Shown here: piece by piece, positions 58,773 to 64,000 of the stretch
How positions within the stretch are numbered: the stretch's first letter is position 1
Layout: every line of letters starts with the position of its first letter
Source: Macrostomum hystrix
Lineage: Eukaryota > Animalia > Platyhelminthes
Length of the DNA: 64,000 nucleotides
Assembly (NCBI GenBank): GCA_950097015.1
Contig: CATNEN010000028.1
Location: 496,001-560,000 of the forward strand
Reading direction: 5' to 3'
The notes under the pieces: generated by a model
Database searches by the model: none
What the model was told of the DNA's origin: nothing
Seen by the model: the letters and a program-made list of their open reading frames with translations, nothing else
Made by a program: the position numbers and the translations under genes

Positions 58773-59075
58773 TCGGGGTCAGTGGCAGCATCGTTATAAC
58801 GCGATTACCTATCGCACCAAAATCCAAGAGCTCGATTCCGCAACGTTGGCGGCTTGTCCTGCCATTTACGCCCTTAAGAGACAACCTCCTAGGAGCAGTG
58901 AGAGTGTACACACACACTTATGAGTGTGTTCCAACGTGCGGCATCTGTGCATGCTTAGGAGTCAGCTAAATGAGGCAGAATTGCCTCCTCGCTGGCTGCG
59001 GGTCTAATGTCAAACCAATAGTGCGCTGTTGGCCTGTTGGCCCGCTACCCTCCTGCAATTGTTAATATTGTTATG
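58773..59075 (+). mobile_element. SINE family 1 copy with an internal deletion, downstream of ERC1
   Basis: GGGGTCAGTGGCAGCATCG head, GAGCTCGATTCC, GAGGCAGAATTGCCTCCTCGCTGGCTGCGGG, AT tail; TTTGTTTTA on both flanks. Confidence 0.8.
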
Positions 59076-60458
59076 TATTTGTTTTACTTTTTTAAGCTAC
59101 ATATATTAAATAAATGTAGTTTGCTTTATTTAAATGTTCTTTCCAAAACATTTTCTCAAATGATTTTTACAGATTAGGATTAATTTTAATAATCAGTCTG
59201 CTTATATTATATCCTTATTTTTATAACCTAAAATATTGTAATACTTTTTTTGTTATTCTAATAAAATTTCAAAGCATCACCTTTAAGTATTGATCAATAT
59301 ACTTTGCAGAGTAGTTGTATATTAGTTTTTTATCTTGTGCTCATTTATGTATTCGTTATAAAATTGTTTCTAAAAAACTTGCATTCTGCCTTGAATAATC
59401 AAGAGCTCACAATCTGAATTATTTTCACGTTTTACTAGTTTTATTTACAGATTATGAAAACATTCAAATCAGCGCTCACATTCGATTTTTATCTATAATC
59501 ATGAAGCATAATTAATTACTTTAATATTACATTAACGTTTAGCTAGCAAAAATGACATACAGCAAGTTATCGCTAAACTTTTGTTTTCGTTTCTTTTTTT
59601 CTTTTTACCTATTTTTTATAACTTTAATAAAGTTAAAGTAAAATAAAGTTATCTATTTACCTAGCCACTGAACGTTCTTATACACTTTCTGCATAATATT
59701 CACTGCATACTACTCATAGCGTAGCAGCTTGAAACGCGACGAATGTTCTGTTGAGTCTACAATTTCTTGCACCGCGATCTTGCATTGCATCTAGTCCATT
59801 AATTGCTTTTCCTTCCTCAATAGTTGCACTTTTTTCGATTACTCATTCCCTCAAACAATTTACATATATTCCTTTATTTTCCATTCTTGCTAATGCCGTT
59901 TGTACACCGCCTAGTAGTTCGGTTAACCTATTGATTAATAAACTAAGCTTTAATGCTTTCTGTTTTATAAAATTCATATCGACAGAACTTGTCTAAACAG
60001 TTTTTTCTATCTCTACAAATTAAAGAGAGCTAAATAACGGCCTGCATAGTTGAGAAGCAGCCTTCAAACTTTGATTGGCTTACGATAAGTTAGTTGACTT
60101 AATTAGTTGCTATTTTTAGAGTTTTGTCAAGTAAATATTTTTTGCGGGGCAGCAAATTGGTATGCACCGTATTTTTTTAAACGAATATAATTTTTTTGTT
60201 ATCTTCGCACGTACGAAACTTTTCGAACGTTTCCATTTGACCTTTATTTTAATGTATTTTGAAATGAATTTTTTACGTTGAAGGGGCGAAGTGAAAATAT
60301 GTTGGTCTCGATCTGTAGACCTCATAAGCCATTTTCTATAAGCAACTACTTCTTTAAAAGATTGAAAAAAGAAGAATAATATAATAAAAGTATAAGTAAT
60401 GTAAATAATATAAATATAATATAACATATTTACTTATATAATAATATAATAATATAAA

Positions 60459-61343
60459 TTGTGTCTCATCTCTCTGGTGTCTCATTTCTTCTGTCTCATC
60501 TCTCTGGTGTCTCATCTCTCTGGTGTCTCATCTCTCTGGTGTCTCATTTCTTCTGTGTCTCATCTCTCTGGTGTCTCATCTCTCTGGTGTCTCATCTCTC
60601 TGGTGTCTCATCTCTCTGGTGTCTCATTTCTTCTTTGTCTCATCTCTCTGGTGTCTCATCTCTCTGGTGTCTCATCTCTCTGGTGTCTCATTTCTTCTTT
60701 GTCTCATCTCTCTGGTGTCTCATCTCTCTGGTGTCTCATCTCTCTGGTGTCTCATCTCTCTGGTGTCTCATTTCTTCTGGTGTCTCATCTCTCTGTTGTC
60801 TCATCTCTCTGGTGTCTCATTTCTTCTGTGTCTCATCTCTCTGGTGTCTCATGTCTCTGGTGTCTCATTTCTTCTGTGTCTCATTTCTTCTGTGTCTCAT
60901 CTCTCTGGTGTCTCATTTCTTCTGTGTCTCATCTCTCTGGTGTCTCATCTCTCTGGTGTCTCATTTCTTCTTTGTCTCATCTCTCTGGTGTCTCATCTCT
61001 CTGGTGTCTCATCTCTCTGGTGTCTCATCTCTCTGGTGTCTCATCTCTCTGGTGTCTCATCTCTCTGGTGTCTCATCTCTCTGGTGTCTCATCTCTCTGG
61101 TGTCTCATCTCTCTGGTGTCTCATCTCTCTGGTGTCTCATCTCTCTGGTGTCTCATCTCTCTGGTGTCTCATCTCTCTGGTGTCTCATCTCTCTGGTGTC
61201 TCATCTCTCTGGTGTCTCATTTCTTCTGGTGTCTCATCTCTCTGGTGTCTCATCTCTCTGGTGTCTCATTTCTTCTGGTGTCTCATCTCTCTGGTGTCTC
61301 ATCTCTCTGGTGTCTTCATTTCTACTTTGTCTCATCTCTCTGG
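60459..61343. repeat. 16-bp minisatellite (TGTCTCATCTCTCTGG), ~55 copies
   Basis: Direct periodicity. Confidence 0.96.
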
Positions 61344-63074
61344 TAAAAAAAAAGTTTCTTGCCAAGCTGCATACGGAGAGACAATTGGAGAGAAAGCCTG
61401 TAAAATGGCGTGCTACAGAAATTTCTAAAACTAGTAAATTGGCGCCACAGTGCCTAGCCACAACTTTTACATCAATTATTAACCACGGATCTAATCAGCT
61501 TCTTTTCCTGTGACTATTCATACAGAGCCAGGAAAATATCAGTTCAGATTATGCTTATTCAAGTCCAGTAAAATATGAGCGCGATTACTTTGAAACAGAT
61601 TTTAGTTTTCAAATTATTTATGAGAGGAGAGAATTTTAAGGAATTTTACGATTGCATCTCATTTTTTACTATTTAGAGAATAATGGATTCATCTAGCAAA
61701 AAACAAGGCAGTGGCAATTGTAATTAGGATAATAAAGATGTTCTTTGGGAATCTTGCGGTGACTTTGAAGAAGGAAAAAATAATCAACCCATCTTAGTTA
61801 TTCAGGAACTGAGAAATGCCGTCAAGAATGACATTCTTTTTAAACAGCCGCTGTTTGCAGCACTTGTTTAAAAAATACAATTAAAACGAACTTTGGCCGG
61901 AACAAACCGGTTGCTTTCCTTCTAGAGATTCTTTTAGACGGAAGCACTCCTGCCAAAGCACTCCTGCCAACAGCTGCGCAAACCTTGCCGATGGAGACGC
62001 CAAGCTGAGTTTCCATGCCGACGAGAATTAGGCATTAATTATTAGCCAAGAACAGTTGAAGAGCCACTGCGCAACGGGGCAATTTCTCGGCTCCCCCTTG
62101 AGTCGCTCAGTACAATTCTAGGATAGGATTGGCTTTTTCGTGTTAGAGCGTTAAAGTTCCACTTTAAGCCTCCAGCCGACAGCCGGAGGTCGCTTGTTAA
62201 CAATGGCTAGCCAACAAGCAACAGTATAACCAAACACAGAAGCGCAAGGCAAGATGACAATGAATCGCGAACTACAAAATAAATTATACCATCTTTTTGA
62301 GCTGTGAGTGCGAGCGAGAAAATACGTAGGCCTCCCTCCACACGGTCGTAGCTTCGATATGTATATTTTCTGATCGCCACTAAGTCAGTTAAGGTGCAAA
62401 GTTGAATAGTGTACATTGTTAGTACACATTTATAACACATGATGACATATTACACATTATAGGAAGCTGATGTCCCTGTAGGTTAGCCTGCTTAAGCGTG
62501 CGCAATGTTGGGCGTATGCAGGACAAGCTCTAAGCCTTCTCTTTGTGAACCGCTGAGGTACAAATTGCGTTGCGTAAGTCGGACAGCTTCACGGTCAACA
62601 TCACACTGAACACTTAAGGCACTTAAAGCAAGTGGAATGAGCTGGCTTGATGAAAGGAACAATGCAAAAAGAAATACAGGAGGGAGAGAAACTGAGAAAT
62701 ACAAAAATATTGTCTGCTTTGGAGACCATGGGAGATATGTGGCAAGGGCGAGATGTCTGGACTCACGGTGGATGAATTATAAAATAGAATCCCTCTGGTG
62801 AGAATTTAAAGATCTAATAGCACACTTTGTTAGTACAGTGAGTTTGTCACTCACTGTCAAATACTTGAATTCCAGCGGCTCCTCAAACCACCAGCCAATG
62901 CGTCCAAATAATGGACCAATCAAATTCTGTGAGTCTAACCACCACCTCTAGAAATAAAAAATATTTGATACAAAAGTTACAAAGAATGAGAGACGTCTGT
63001 CAGGATTTTTAAACACATGAAGAAGGAAGGGAATAACTCATGACGTTCGATTAGAAACTAAACTTGCTAAAAAG

Positions 63075-64000
63075 ATGAACGATCAGACTGTGGATCATCA
63101 TCAGCAGCAGCAAAACAGGAGAGAAGAAGAGAAACAGAACAGGATTAGAAACACGCTGGTAGCATTCGCGGGCAACACCTCGGCTCATGGCTTTGGCAAG
63201 CTGATCTCTCCACTCTGGTATATCCAAATTCTATGGCTAGTGCTTATCGTTGGAGCCTTGAGTTGTCTGGCCTACCACATGAGCACAATGATCGGCAAGT
63301 TTCTCCAGGAGCCAGTCTCCACCTCAATCACCCTGCGTGGAGTTGACTTTGTCTATCCTGGAGTCACAGTGTGCAACAAGAAGTTCCTGGCAGTCAGCGT
63401 CATGGCTGAGAAGGTGAGATCCACCTCTCCAGGCCCACCAGGACCGTCTAGCGTTGCTGATGAAGTCTGGCAGTGGAAACCGCGGTCTCAAGGATTTTTC
63501 AACAACTTAGAAAGCTTGGCTAACCTGACAGGGGAGATTGGAGTCGCCTACCTGCAGAATGTTAGTCGAGATACTTCGCTCACCTCGTCGGACTACCTAA
63601 TGAAATATGAAGACAACAAAGTCAACCTAGCTCCACTATTGATTCGAGACACTAACGGCATCGGCAACTTTGCCGAGTTCAGCCTGCACCCTGAGAAGCT
63701 GCTCATCCGTTGTCGATTCGGACCTTACGCCTGCGACATCTCTGATTTCACTATTGGGCAGATGCATGACAATCCATTTTGTATGACGCTTGACGTGAAA
63801 GGTTTTCAGGAGAAGTATCATCTCACTGTCAGCGACGTCAATTCTTACGGCCTGGAGCTGTACTTCTACTCTGACTCGAGCCAATTCAATACTCAGAACT
63901 TGATAGCAAACATGAAGAAGGCATCGGATTCTTTCTTCCGTATGAACAGTAACGGAGGCGCTGATGTGTACATTCACCAGCCGGGCGCGTATCCGGCGAC
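63075..64000 (+). CDS. DEG/ENaC (amiloride-sensitive sodium channel family) subunit, 5' part; runs off the window
   Basis: Open from ATG 63075 to the window end (absent from the ORF track, probably because no stop falls in the window). FAGNTSAHG pre-TM1 motif, TM1 QILWLVLIVGALSCLAY, post-TM1 YPGVTVCN, LLIRCRFGPYAC, YGLELYF, VYIHQPG. Confidence 0.88.
   Translation, partial: MNDQTVDHHQQQQNRREEEKQNRIRNTLVAFAGNTSAHGFGKLISPLWYIQILWLVLIVGALSCLAYHMSTMIGKFLQEPVSTSITLRGVDFVYPGVTVCNKKFLAVSVMAEKVRSTSPGPPGPSSVADEVWQWKPRSQGFFNNLESLANLTGEIGVAYLQNVSRDTSLTSSDYLMKYEDNKVNLAPLLIRDTNGIGNFAEFSLHPEKLLIRCRFGPYACDISDFTIGQMHDNPFCMTLDVKGFQEKYHLTVSDVNSYGLELYFYSDSSQFNTQNLIANMKKASDSFFRMNSNGGADVYIHQPGAYPA

Noticed and set aside
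59700-60430. AT-rich minus-strand open stretches that look like decayed coding sequence
   Set aside because: Interrupted by stops, with no recognisable motif or consistent exon chain
60459-61513. 300-350 aa Cys/Leu/Ser-rich ORFs in three frames
   Set aside because: Product of the 16-bp minisatellite

Overview
Eukaryotic (metazoan) genomic DNA, not prokaryotic. It has GC-rich spliced exons in AT-rich introns and intergenic DNA, about 18 kb (~29%) of locus-specific minisatellites, and poly-Q/poly-A proteins. This style resembles a free-living flatworm such as Macrostomum (inference only). Gene models were built by hand from GT-AG borders and reading-frame continuity. Minus strand: first exon of an unknown, possibly URI/prefoldin-like gene, USP48, NSRP1, a TRMT10-family tRNA methyltransferase, a calmodulin-like protein and RAB43. 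Plus strand: a ~20 kb ERC1/ELKS (CAST/Bruchpilot-like) gene and the 5' part of a DEG/ENaC channel. Mobile DNA: a decayed, internally deleted Helitron with both termini and a nested hAT MITE, two tRNA-derived SINE families (about 11 copies or fragments), a 5'-truncated LINE with TSD, and a CCC...GGG non-autonomous element. There are no CRISPR arrays or rRNA/tRNA genes, and most long ORFs in the supplied track are minisatellite read-throughs. Best leads: (1) a tight co-oriented gene cluster that looks like a spliced-leader trans-spliced operon, where the TRMT10 gene has no ATG of its own and could take its start codon from the spliced leader; (2) a SINE whose target-site duplication copied a splice donor of ERC1; (3) private minisatellites in a dozen introns; (4) a Rab43 with NKxD changed to CKQD.
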